NCBI GenBank assembly: GCA_030390025.1
Contig: CM059441.1
Location: 20,894,001 to 20,958,000 of the forward strand
DNA from: Squalus acanthias
Taxonomy: Eukaryota
Direction: 5' to 3'
DNA length: 64,000 bases
This document shows positions 22,325-33,800 of this stretch, piece by piece (position 1 is the stretch's first letter; each line of letters starts with the position of its first letter). Position numbers and translations under genes: made by a program. The notes beneath the pieces are model-generated. The model was not told where the DNA came from and searched no databases. It worked only from the letters and a program-made list of their open reading frames with translations.

Positions 22325-23155
22325 TTATGATCTAAAATCGTTGAACTCGATATTGAGTCCAGAGGGCTGTAGCGTGCCTAAACGAAAGATGAGGTGCTGT
22401 TCCTCGAGCTTACGCTGCGCTTCCGTGGAACAGTGTAATAGGCCGAGGACGGTGAGGTCAGAGTGGGAGTGAAGCGGTGAATTAAAGTGACAGGCCACCG
22501 GGAGCTCGGGGTCCCCCTTACGGACTGAACGGAGGTGTTCCGCAAAGCGGTCACCCAATCTGCGTTTGGTCTCCCCAATGTAGAGGAGACCACATCGTGA
22601 GCAGCGAATACAGTATACTAAATTGCAGGAAGTACAAGTAAATCGCTGTTTCACCTGGAAGGGGTGGTTGGGGCCCTGGACAGTGGGAAGAGGGGAGGTA
22701 TAAGGGCATGTGTTGCATCTCCTGCGCGTGCACGGGAAGGTGCCGGGCGAAGGGGAATGGGTGCTGGGGGTGGTAGAGGAGTGGACTAGGGTGTCGCGGA
22801 GGGAGTGGTCCCTGCGGAATGCTGAAAGGGGAGGTGAGGGGAAGATGTGTTTGGTGGTGGGATCACGCTGGAGGTGGCGGAAATGGCGGAGGATGATCCG
22901 TTGAATGTGGAGGCTGGTGGGGTGAAAGGTGAGGACAAGGGGAACCCTATCGTGGTTCCGGGAGGGAGGGGCAGGGGTGAGGGCAGAAGTGCGGGAGATA
23001 GAACGGACACGGTCGAGGGCCGTGTCGACCACGGTAGAGGGGAATCCTCGGTTGAGGAAAAAGGAAGACATGTCGGAATCACTGGTATGGAAGGTGGCAT
23101 CATCAGAGCAGATGCGGCGGAGACGGAGAAACTGGGAGAATGGAATAGAGTCCTT
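22325..23155 (-). CDS. Penelope RT-thumb/GIY-YIG endonuclease C-terminal fragment
   Basis: CTRRRCNTC, LVYCIRCSRCGLLYIGETKRRLGDRFAEH and LGTLQPSGLN; the frame is open. Confidence 0.9.
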   Translation of the reverse strand, partial: KDSIPFSQFLRLRRICSDDATFHTSDSDMSSFFLNRGFPSTVVDTALDRVRSISRTSALTPAPPSRNHDRVPLVLTFHPTSLHIQRIILRHFRHLQRDPTTKHIFPSPPLSAFRRDHSLRDTLVHSSTTPSTHSPSPGTFPCTRRRCNTCPYTSPLPTVQGPNHPFQVKQRFTCTSCNLVYCIRCSRCGLLYIGETKRRLGDRFAEHLRSVRKGDPELPVACHFNSPLHSHSDLTVLGLLHCSTEAQRKLEEQHLIFRLGTLQPSGLNIEFNDFRS

Positions 23156-23489
23156 GCCAGCATGCTTTGGGAGGTTGAGAGGTTGGTTCCTGTGGGAAAT
23201 TTGTACGAACTTTGGTCAGTTGCCAGTTAAAGTCGTACGTCTAGCCATCGCCGAACTGACCACTTGCTGGTGTTAGTATATATGTAGAGTTGGCTTATTA
23301 GTGCTTGATCTTAAAGTAAGGGAATAAATCTGTGTATGCTTAGAAATAATCAGGAGTATTATATGCAACAGTTTTGTGTGAGCTTACTTGTAACCTCTTG
23401 CCGATTTTGAAAGCTATTCTTGAATCCTTGGGTTTTGCGTTGTCTGTTTCACGGGTCCGAACTTTGGAAACTGTTGGACGGGTTAAAGG

Positions 23490-23760
23490 ACAAGGGTGAA
23501 TTTAAATGTCTTACACAAGACTTCTGTAATGTGCATTGTGCAACAGTTGATAGCATTTCCATTGACTCCTGAGATATCTGCCACTCAGTTCTTGGAAGGT
23601 ATGTCAATGTTGAGAGCTGTGGTAACTATGACTTCACCTAACAGCACAGTTTAACTGTTGACTGCTTCTTCAGGTCTTTTGGCAGCACATCATGTAGATC
23701 AGTTAAGAAGTCTTTGCTCAGCTTCAGCCTCTCCTTCTCTTTAAGATTTATAAAACTACA
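23490..23760 (-). pseudogene. Very diverged Harbinger transposase N-terminal remnant
   Basis: ERLKLSKDFLTDLHDVLPKDL...TTALN...VADISGVNGNAINCCTMHITEVL resembles [14 protein letters not shown]...[23 protein letters not shown]. Confidence 0.5.
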
Positions 23761-24387
23761 TCTAGCTTAGTAATGCTTCCCTCTGGGGTCATTTGTCCAC
23801 ACCATGGTGTGGCTCGTATGTCCCCTGTACACCTGTCCACTGTTTCTTCCATCTGCATCATCTGGTGTCCAATAAATGGACCAGCACACATGATGCTTGC
23901 CTATAAAAAGCCCTGAAATATTGTAGTTCTTCTTCTCCCACTAGCACACACAATCCTTCATTTAGTAACTCACACCTCCTGCCATTGTACATTCACGGGT
24001 TTCTGTCACACATCCACCCAGAGAATATCAACACATTTTTTTGCAGTTTCAAACCATCATGACCAACTCAAGCTGCAACAAGATTGAAACATTTTTTCAG
24101 CACTCAACTCTTTCAACCTTTAAAGTATTTGAGGAGTTAATGGAATTGTGCTAAAACTGAATTTGTGTTCATATAGGATAGAACATTCACTCGCAGCATT
24201 CTTTGTGCAAGGAAAACTTCTTAACCTTTGAAACCAATGGGAAATTTCAGGCCTCTGAAGCAATCTGTTGTACATGCAGAAAGTTTTCACTCTCAACAAA
24301 AGGAACGGGAGATTCCTCTCATTGACCACAGCAGTGGCTTGAGAAGCATGTTCATTTATTGTTGTTGCCTCATTAGTGGAATCAACA

Positions 24388-24775
24388 TCAACAACAGCCA
24401 TTACTTGCATTTACATAGCACCTTTAACATTGTAAAACGTCCCAATGAGTTTCATAGAAACGTAACCAGAAGCAATTAATACCGAGCCAAAGAAGCAGAC
24501 ATTAGGACAGGTGACCAAATGTTTGGTCAAAGAGAGTGGAGAGTTTTAGTGAGGGAATTCCTGAGTTTAGGACCTAGATGGCTGAAGACATTGCCGTCAA
24601 AAGTAGATCAGCGGGCACAGGGGTGATGAGTGAATAGGACTTGGTGCGAGTTAGGATACAGGCAGCAGAGTTTTGGATGAGCTTAAGTTGATGGATTTTG
24701 GAAGATGGGAGCCCAGCCAGGAGAGCATTGGGATAGTCGAGTCTGATGGTAACAACAGCATGGATGAGGGTTTTT
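24388..24775 (-). mobile_element. L2 LINE 3' fragment
   Basis: TLIHAVVTIRLDYPNALLAGLP...IQNSAACILTRTK, plus an L2 3' tail. Confidence 0.85.
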
Positions 24776-24939
24776 GCGGGCTTTTGAGCGTAGACTTGCT
24801 GGCATCTGGCGTCTGATCCAGCACTGCGCCCTCTACAGATGGTCTGTGGCATCTCTAAGCAGCACAAGAAACAGCGAGGCTCTTCAACCAATCAGATTGA
24901 AGAATCCTTACTGAGACACGCAGGGGGTTAAATTGGATA

Positions 24940-25850
24940 ACCCCTGAAAATGCACGTCGGGATTGTGATGCATGATTAACCCACGCCCATTAATTGCAAT
25001 GCAGGCAGGGTGCCAGCTTCGTGCTGCCTGTTCATTTCCATGATTTCTGCGTGCAGCCAGCGCTGTTCATTGGCTGCGCGCATCAGCAGGGGGCCCAATA
25101 TCATGAGTGCCTAGGACTACTTAAAGCTGGCCTGCACCTCTTAAATGGGAGGTGCATTGTGGCTGCTGGTGGTGCTGAGATCATTCTGATATTGTGCTAT
25201 GGGAGAATCAACAATGGCTGACCATGGGAGAGAATATGCATTGTGGATTGGCGGATGCTTCACTGGAGGTCTTGGTAGAAGAGCTGGAAAGAAGGACCGA
25301 TGTCCTGTATCCTTAGGCGGGTAGGATGCCCTCCAGACATATGCTCAGAAGGCAGCAGGAAGAGATCGCGGCGGAGGTAAATGCCAGGAGTCTAGCCCCA
25401 AGTATTTGATTATGGTGCAGCAGGAGTTTAATGATCTCACACGAGTTCTCAAGGTCAGTGAGTGCATCTTCAAATGCTATAGACTAGCAACTGCACTACT
25501 AGCCTCATCCAGTGTGCAATTCACTGCACCCCATCATTCACCTACCAACAATCTCAATCAATCAGGACTCATACCTAATATATGCTTTACCTCATCCTCA
25601 GTTAGTCATGTTGCAAGCATGCCTCGCACCCACATCTCAAAACTGCAGCTAGTCAACCATAACAACCACATCACCCAAACATATTGCACGACACACTGAT
25701 ACACTTCCCTCTTTCTTGCAGGAGATGGTGGCACACAACAGAAGGTGGCAGGAATTAACGGGAGATGGAAAGGCACGCCTGCATTTTTTAACCCCCATGG
25801 AGGAGACAGTGCTGGCCATTATGGGAAGGGGCATTGCTGAGAGCCCTTCC
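24940..25850 (+). pseudogene. Decayed Harbinger Myb/SANT gene fragment
   Basis: FNDLTRVLK|gtcagt, and exon 2 ttgcag|EMVAHNRRWQELTGDG...LTPMEETVLAI. Confidence 0.7.
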
Positions 25851-26129
25851 ACCCTCATCCAACTCTCTCTTCTAGCAGCTTGTCCTGCTGTGAGTGGCCT
25901 CTGCTCAATCTCCCAGTCATACCCAATGCCAAGAGGAAGCCCTACTAGGCCACCCATGTCTGGAAGCAACTGGTTTCTGCACAAGCCTTTAAGTCACCAA
26001 AAAAGTACTTCAGCTTCAGTCAGACCTCTCCCTGTAGACTATTAAAACTTTAAACAAGTATGGAACAGCACCCAAAACTCGTAGAATTGCAGCAATAGCT
26101 GAACCGGTGTTACAGAGCCCAATTTCGTC

Positions 26130-26678
26130 CCCGATGCATCTAAACCAAGAAGTATAGACCATGAAGTATAAATTAGTTTTAAAACGTGTACAGAAAGCAT
26201 AATAAGATTAAGAGAGCGAGATAAAAGAAATAGACAGAAACATTAAAAAAATTATTTTAATTTTAATTTTTTTTAAAGTCTCCAACACGAATTAAATTCT
26301 GAAGGAATGAGACTCCACACAAGTGAAATTAGATTTTCAGGGCCAGAGATTCTGTTTGGCAGTAATTATGACTGTTCACCCCATTAAAATTCACTTAAAC
26401 CTGAATGCACCAGCCCTAACATTTTCTAATGTGTTTAGTGGGTAACTAGTGGGCAAGTACCACAAAATCACGCCCTTACATTGATTTCAATGCCAAGTCT
26501 ATCGGCGAGGTACCGGTGTAGCGCAGCCTGTGGAGGAGCAGGGTAAGTCGGACCGCAACTTCTGGGTCTCCACATTTAACAGCGCGTGTGCGTACTCCGG
26601 ACGTTGCTGTCCCATTTATTCCAAAATTACGGTGAGGGTTGTTAGCCTTATCATTATTCTCAATGAAAAATCTGGACC
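26130..26678. mobile_element. Non-autonomous DNA element fragment, inverted copy of the 61843..62626 family
   Basis: Reverse-complement similarity to 61843..62400; terminus aaaatctggacc. Confidence 0.7.
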
Positions 26679-27259
26679 ATTGTTCCATCTCATATAAAAG
26701 TGCAACACATTATTAGAGTTACCGGTTTCCAGTGAATGAATAAGTAAAGTTGCCTATTTCTTACAGATTATTGTTCATGTGTTAGTGATATTTTCAGGCT
26801 TAAAAATTGACAAAAATATGAAACAAGAAGTCAAGTTGTGCAGACAGGAAGTGGGCACACAGATAAATTATTACTAATCTTTACAGACCTCTAGCAGGTC
26901 ACCCCTCGGTCTTCTTATCTCTATAGATATTTAAAAAGCAGTCCTAGACAATGCTGGTGGAGTTGTCTGGAACAGTTCTAACCATCACCTCTCAATCTTA
27001 CCACTGATGCCTGTTTTCCACAGTCAACTTAAAAAAAGAAAACCAGTCCTTTATTTTCAATACATATTATGAGAAGTCATTTATACTTGTTCCGTGAGGG
27101 AAGCATGTTGTCTTGTTTGAACCTTGTGTTGAGACATCTAAGGGACACTTTGTGAGACATTGGAATGGGGAGGTTGTGTGATGGTGTGGGTGAAAAGCAT
27201 CTCAAAGCTGTAGGCAAGCTTGTGGTTTGTTTTGGTTGCTTAATTTTCCCATTGGTATT

Positions 27260-27628
27260 GTTACAAGATTCTGAGGGGGATTGACAGGGTAGATGCTGAG
27301 AGGTTGTTTCCCTTGGCTGGAGAGTCTAGGGCTAGGGGGCATAGTCTCAGGATAAGGGGTCAGCCATTTAAGACTGAGATAAGGTGGAATTTCTTCACTC
27401 AGAGGGTCGTGAATCTTTGGAATTCTCTACCCCAAAGGGTTGTGGATGCTAAATCATTGAGTATATTCGCTGAGATAGATAGATTTTTGGACTCTTCGGA
27501 ATCGAGGGATATGGGGATTGGGCAGGAAAGTGGAGTTGAGGTTGAAGATCAGCCATGAGCTCATTGAATGGTGGAGCAGGCTCGAGGAGCCGTACGGCCT
27601 ACGCCTGCTCCGAATTCTTATGTTCTTA
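27260..27628 (+). mobile_element. CR1 LINE 3' end
   Basis: TRGH-like motif, FFTQRVVNLWNSLP and CR1 tail. Confidence 0.88.
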
Positions 27629-27835
27629 AGATGTAGATAGAGAGACAACAACTTAAAGGACGTAGCCGTCACTTTGGTTTTGATTTTGCTCCACTAATTA
27701 AATACTCAAGTTGATTTAATGCTGAAATCCATTTTATGCTGTACAATTGTTAAACAAAATGTACAAAGCTGGATGAATAATGAATATTTGATTAGGACAC
27801 ACAATTCCATCAAGGTCGATGTAACCAGGGAATCT

Positions 27836-27883
27836 TCATTTTACCACATTGGTCAAGCTGTGACGATCTGATTCATTGATTAA
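27836..27883 (-). CDS. Gene A exon 6 (candidate): short cytoplasmic tail LINESDRHSLTNVVK*
   Basis: Strong acceptor ttttctttttcag, with phase 0 matching the TM exon. Downstream ATTAAA (near 27715) and AATAAA (27055..27050). Confidence 0.55.
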   Translation of the reverse strand, partial: LINESDRHSLTNVVK

Positions 27884-30800
27884 CTGAAAAAGAAAATATT
27901 TAAGGCATCAGATTCATTGATACTGAGAACGATGCATTATTTTACATGTCAGTTCTGAACAGAATCCTGGAACTGGCAACAAATTGAGGAAAAGCTTGTG
28001 ATGGGCTGGAGCTGTGTTGAGATCACACTCCTCCCTCCCCCAGCACTATTGCACGTGTGATGGGAACAGGAGCAAGTTGTGTCGCTCTTGAATACATGTA
28101 GCACCATTTTCTCACAGGCAACAAATGTTTCCCAGCAGCTGTGATTGTGGACAGTTGACAGCAGAAATAGATTGACTTGGCTACTTTATTAAATACATTT
28201 TTGATAGTCTAGACGAGGTTGCCAGCAACAAATGCATTGGGTCTGTGTCAGAGTCCCTTTGTGCTCAACTGGATAAATTTGACTGCCTCTGTGTTCTTGT
28301 GTGAAAACCGTTGTCCCTGGTGCCCTACAGCAAAGTGCTTTTTTTTAGGCTTTCCCATTTCCTTCCTTCCTTTTCTTGTAACAACCATTTTATACCAATG
28401 GAATAAAAGTTGGGAGAATTCTATAATGGGCGGGTTACATGGGCACATAGCAGCAGGAGCAGCCCATTCAACCCCTTGAGCCTGTTCCGCCATTCAATTA
28501 GATCACGGCTGCTCTGTAGCTCAACTCCATTTACCCACCTTTGATCCATATCCTTTGATATCCTCACCCAACAAAGATCTCGTGATCTCAGCTGTGAAAA
28601 TTTGAATTGACCCAGGATCCACTGCCTTTAATAATAGCAAGTTCCAGATTTCCACAGCCCTTTGTGTGAAAAAGTGCTTCCTAATTTCACTCCTAAATGG
28701 TTTAGCTCTAATTTTTAGATTATGCCCCTTGTACTGGATCCCCCACCGAGCAAATCTGACCCAGGCTCTGTACAACTGAAACATCACTTCTTCATTTTTG
28801 AATTCCAAACCCCGTAAAATAAAGGCCAACATTCCATTGGCCTCTTTGATTACTTTTTGTACCTGTGCACTAGCTTTTAGTGACTTGTGTACATGGACAC
28901 ACAAATCTCTTTACTCCTCCACATCTTCTAGTCTCTCGCCACTAAGAAAATATTCCGATTTGTCTTTCTCTGATCCAAAGGGGCTGAACTCACACTTCCC
29001 CACATTGAACTCCATCTGCCATAGTTTTGCCCACTCACTTAGTCTTTCAATGTCCTTATGTAGCTTCCGCTCTAGAACGGGTGGGTGATCGCTCTGCAGA
29101 ATTACCGCCTATGCTGTGAAGATGATACGTTACCCCAGTGACACCAATTAGAAATAAAACGCTTGTCACATGGAGTTCTTTAACCTGGATTGAGCCTGTT
29201 TGGCCAGGGACTTCACCACATAATCTAGGCTGGCACTTCAGCGCCGTACAGAGATAACGCTCTGTTGTCAGATGAAACGTTAACTGAGGACCCTGTCTGC
29301 TTGTTCAGCTGGTCAGAAAAGATCCCACGGCACCATTTGAAGAAGAGCAGAGGAGTTCGCCCAGAGTCCTGCCCAAAACAGATTATCTGGTCATTTATCT
29401 CCTTTGCTGTTTTGGGGATTTTGCTGTGTGCAAATTGTCTGCCCCTTTTGCCTACAGAACAACAGTAACACTTCAAAAGTAACTCATTGGATGTAAAGAG
29501 CTTGGGACATCTTGAAGGCATGAAAGGCTCTGTGTAAATTTTATTACAAGGATCTTCAGTGATAAAGTGAAGCTTTCGTTTATTAGTGGAAGTTATCCTA
29601 GACTAATACTGCTGATCACTTCTGGATGGATGCAGCCACAACAAGGCTCAAGAAGCCCGACTCCATCCAGAACAAGCAATCCACTGGATTTTGCCTACAT
29701 TGCAACAGTAACCTTTCAAAACTAACTCATATTATCTGTAAAACGCTTTGTTTCATCCTGAGGACATGAAAGAGTTTATATAAATGCAAGTTTTTCTTTA
29801 CAGTGATCAATATTTTTGAAAGAATTGATGGTGTGATTCATATAAAGTCCGGAATCCCTACCTTAGATTTTCTCGTACAACTTGTGACTGAAATAGTACA
29901 AATCACCAGGAGAGCAAAGAGCACCCAGCGTACCACGTTCCATATAATGTAACTGAGCAAAAGGGAAGAAATACAAAATAATTCGAAGGAAACAAGACTG
30001 CTTTGTGTTTGGGACATTTATAATGGGGGGAGTTTACCGGGGGTGGGGTCAGCAGACGGGATCAGGGGCGGGTCGTGTAGGAAAGTTGTTTTTTTTTGAC
30101 ACCGGGTTGGGACCCCGCTGTCAACCCGCCGCCACGCGCATTTCCCAATGTCGAGTCTGTCAGTGCTGAGCAGACCCGACAGGCAGCGGTGGGCCACCCA
30201 ATTAAGCTCATTATAGCCTTGTTGACAGATCATTAACAGGCTCTTTTAACTTACCTTTTCACTTTACCTTTATGGCCACAGCAACCACGCTGTTCGGGGA
30301 CCACGGCTGTCAACCTGAGGCGGGAGTTCAGTGGCCATTGCTCCAGCTGATTACTAGACAGCTTCAAATGTACAGTAAAAGCTCCCAGCTGACAGATCTT
30401 CACTTTCCTCAGCCACAAGCTGTTTCTCAGACCCTTTCCAGCACAGATTCTGCAGGCTTTCCACTTTCCACTCTCCATCCAGTATCACCTCTTTGGAAGA
30501 ATTCTCTCACCATTGACAGAATGCTTCTGTCATCTGTACTTCACCTGCCATCTATTCCATCAATATGGGTGCCCTTTATACATGTCTCATCTTCGTCCGC
30601 ATAACCCCACCCCGATCAACCCCAACACCAGCATCATCAGGCACACCAGGAGCACCAGCAACAACACCAACCTTCTCCGCAATCACCTGATGCTGCACAG
30701 GACAGAGGGCATCAGCACCCGAGCACATTGCTGCCCGGGAGGCCAGGGATGGCCTCACCATGGCCACATTTACTTCACTTGATGCTGTACACCCTAGCTG

Positions 30801-33800
30801 CCACATGATGCGCCAGGTTGGCACCACCCCACACCAACACCATGAAGCATCCCTACAATGCCCAAGCCAGTCCTTTCACACTCACCACCATTGCGGGGGG
30901 TACCGTTATGTCTCACCAGGTACTTATCCAATTCCCTTTTGAAAGCCGAGATTGAGTCTACCTCCACCACCCTTTCAGGCAGTGCATTCCAGATCCTAAC
31001 CACTCACTGCGTAAAAAAGTTTTTCCTCATGTCGCCTTTGGTTCTTTTGCCAAACACATTGGGCTGGATTTTGATACTGGGGAAGTGATGGAGGCGGGAC
31101 TCCCACTTTTTGGGTTGTAGTCCCACCTCCATCGACTTGTGGCCAACCCACTGCATTTTCACTTGTTTGACCTTGTTGAGCCTGCCCGGCGAGCTCAGCA
31201 GGCCAATTAAGGGCCACCCGGCAACAGGTGACATCACAGATTGACATTTCATCTATCAAGAGCTTTTGACAGATGAAATATCAACGTTTGACAGCTCTGT
31301 GAAGCTGTCAAACACTGACAATCTGTCTTCTAACTTGAGTCCTTCCTCTCAGGCTGAGTTAGAAATTATTCCAGCACAGAAAACAGAGGCTGGAGTTTTT
31401 GACAGCACCACGGCCATTCTGTTTTCTGTGCCGGTAAGATTTCTGACTCCCGAGACCTGAAGGGCTGACACCTGCAGGAGGAAGTTAAGGTAAGTAAAAC
31501 TTTTTCCCATACTTTAGACTTACCTTACACACTTACCTCTGCACACATGCACTCATCACTCACCTGCCCACCGGACATATCGACCCCTCCAACCCCTGCA
31601 GACCCGCGGTCCGCCTCGCTAACTTGGCGTGGTTGGGACCTGTCGGGAAGCCCACATTTCACGCATCAAAATAGGGATTAGGCAAAAACCTGCCTGTTAA
31701 CTAGCTGTTAACAGGCAGTTTATTGCCACTAATCCCCTTCCCGCCTCGGGGAGGCGGGTCCCTGCACAGGTCGGGTACCCGCCTCCAGCGAAACTGGCAT
31801 GGAGGCGGGTTGGGGGCGGGATGGGTTCGGGACCCCTGAATCTGCAACTTTAACCCCCCACATGCCTCCAAACCCGCCTCCACGGGTCAATGAAAATCCA
31901 GCCCATTGAATCGGTGTCCTCTGGTTCTCAACCATTCCGCCAATGGGAACTGTTTCTCTCCATCTACTCTGTCTGGACCCCTCATGATTTTGAACCCCTC
32001 TATCAAATCTCGTCTCAACCTTCTCTGCTCGAAGGAGAAGAACCCCAGCTTCTCTAGTCTATCCATGTAACTAGAGTCCCTCATCCCTGGAATCATTCTC
32101 GTAAATCTTTTCTGCACCCTCTCTGAGGCCTTCTCATCCTTCCTAAAGTGCGGTGCCCAGAATTGGACGCAATAGTCCAGTTGAGGCCGAACCAGAGTTT
32201 TATAAAGGTTCATCATAACCTCCTTGCTTTTCTACTCCAGGGGCTAGAAATTCCTGTCGGCGATCAGGGGATTCGATTTCTAGCAGAGCCTGCAGCAATG
32301 GCCCTTCCCTTTAAGTGGGGGAAGGAGCCTCTGATCCCAGCACGCTGCACTGGACATTGTGCCGCGCTCTGCCACTACCGCCCCTCTTGCCTGGTTTAAC
32401 ACTCCAGGGGAAGTGGTAGCCCTCGATTTAACACTCCACTTCCCTCCTGGAGCGCTAAACCGGAAGTTCGCTTCCGTTGGAATTGGGTAGCGCCCGGCGA
32501 TACTTTGGCGCTCCCGCTAAAGTTAATGGGGCGATACCCAATTTCTCCCCCATGCCTCTATTTATGAAGCCCAGGATCCCGTATGCTTTTTAAACTGCTT
32601 TCTCAACCTGCCCTGCCACCTTCAACGATTTGTGCACATACACCCCCAGGTCTCTCTGTTTGTGCATTCACTTTAGGATTGTACAATTTGGTTTTTATTT
32701 CCTGTCTTCATTCTTTCTACCAAAATGTATCACTTCGCACTTTTCTGCGTTAAATTTCATCTGCCACGTGTCCGCCCATTTCACCAGCCTGTCTATGTCT
32801 TCTTGACATCTATCACTCTCCTCCTCACTGTTCACTGTACTTCCAACTTTAGTGTCATCTGCAAATTTTGAAATTGTGCCCTGTACTCCCAAGTCCAAGT
32901 CATTAATATATATCAAGAAAAGCAGTGGTCCTTGTACCAACCCCAGTGGAACACCACTGTAAACCTTCCTCCAGTATGAAAAACAACCGCTCACCACTAC
33001 TCTCTGTTTCCTGTCACTTCGTCAATTTTGTATCCATGCTGCCACTGTCCCTTTTATTCCATGGGCTTCAATTTTGCTGGTAAGCCTATTTTGTGGCACT
33101 TTATCAAACACATTTTGGAAGTCCATGTACACCACATCAACCGCATTACCCTCATCAACCTTCTCTGTTACCTCATCAAAAAACTCGATCAAGTTAATTA
33201 AATACGATTTGCCTTTAACAAAGGCTTTCCTTAATAATCCACACTTGTCCAAGTGACTGTTAACTTTGTCCCTGATTATTATTTCTAAAAGCTTCCCCAC
33301 TACCAAGGTCAAACTGACTGGCCTGTAGTTGCTGGGTTTATCTTTACACTCTGTTTTGAACAAGGTTGTAACATTTGCAATTCTCCCGTCCTCTGGCACC
33401 ACCCCCGTATCTAAGGAGGATTGGAAGATTATGGCGAGTACCTCCGCGAGTTCCTCCTTAACCTCCCTCAGCATCCCAGGATGCATCCCATCCAGTCCTG
33501 GTGACTTATCAACTTTAATTACAGGCAGCCTTTCTAGTACCTCCTCTTTATCAATTTTTATCTCATCCAGTATCTCCACTACCTCCTTTTTCACTATGAC
33601 TTTGGCAGCATCTTTTTCCTTGGTGAAGACAGATGCAAAGTACTCATTTAGTAGCTCAGCCATGCCCTCTGCCTCCATGCGTAGGTCTCCTTTTTGGTCC
33701 CTAATCGGCCCCACCCCTCCTCTTACTACCTGTTTATTATTTATATGCCTATAGAAGACTTTTAAATTCCCTTTTATGTTAGCTGCCAATCTATTCTCAT

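Larger units (their letters stand above)
21912..23157 (-). mobile_element. Penelope-like retroelement, 5'-truncated
   Basis: GIY-YIG endonuclease ORF followed by the typical PLE 3' region containing a hammerhead motif. Confidence 0.92.

Noticed and set aside
26880-26925. Possible last exon of gene A
   Set aside because: The sequence matches a CR1 RRLRGDLIEV-type fragment and would stop after one codon.
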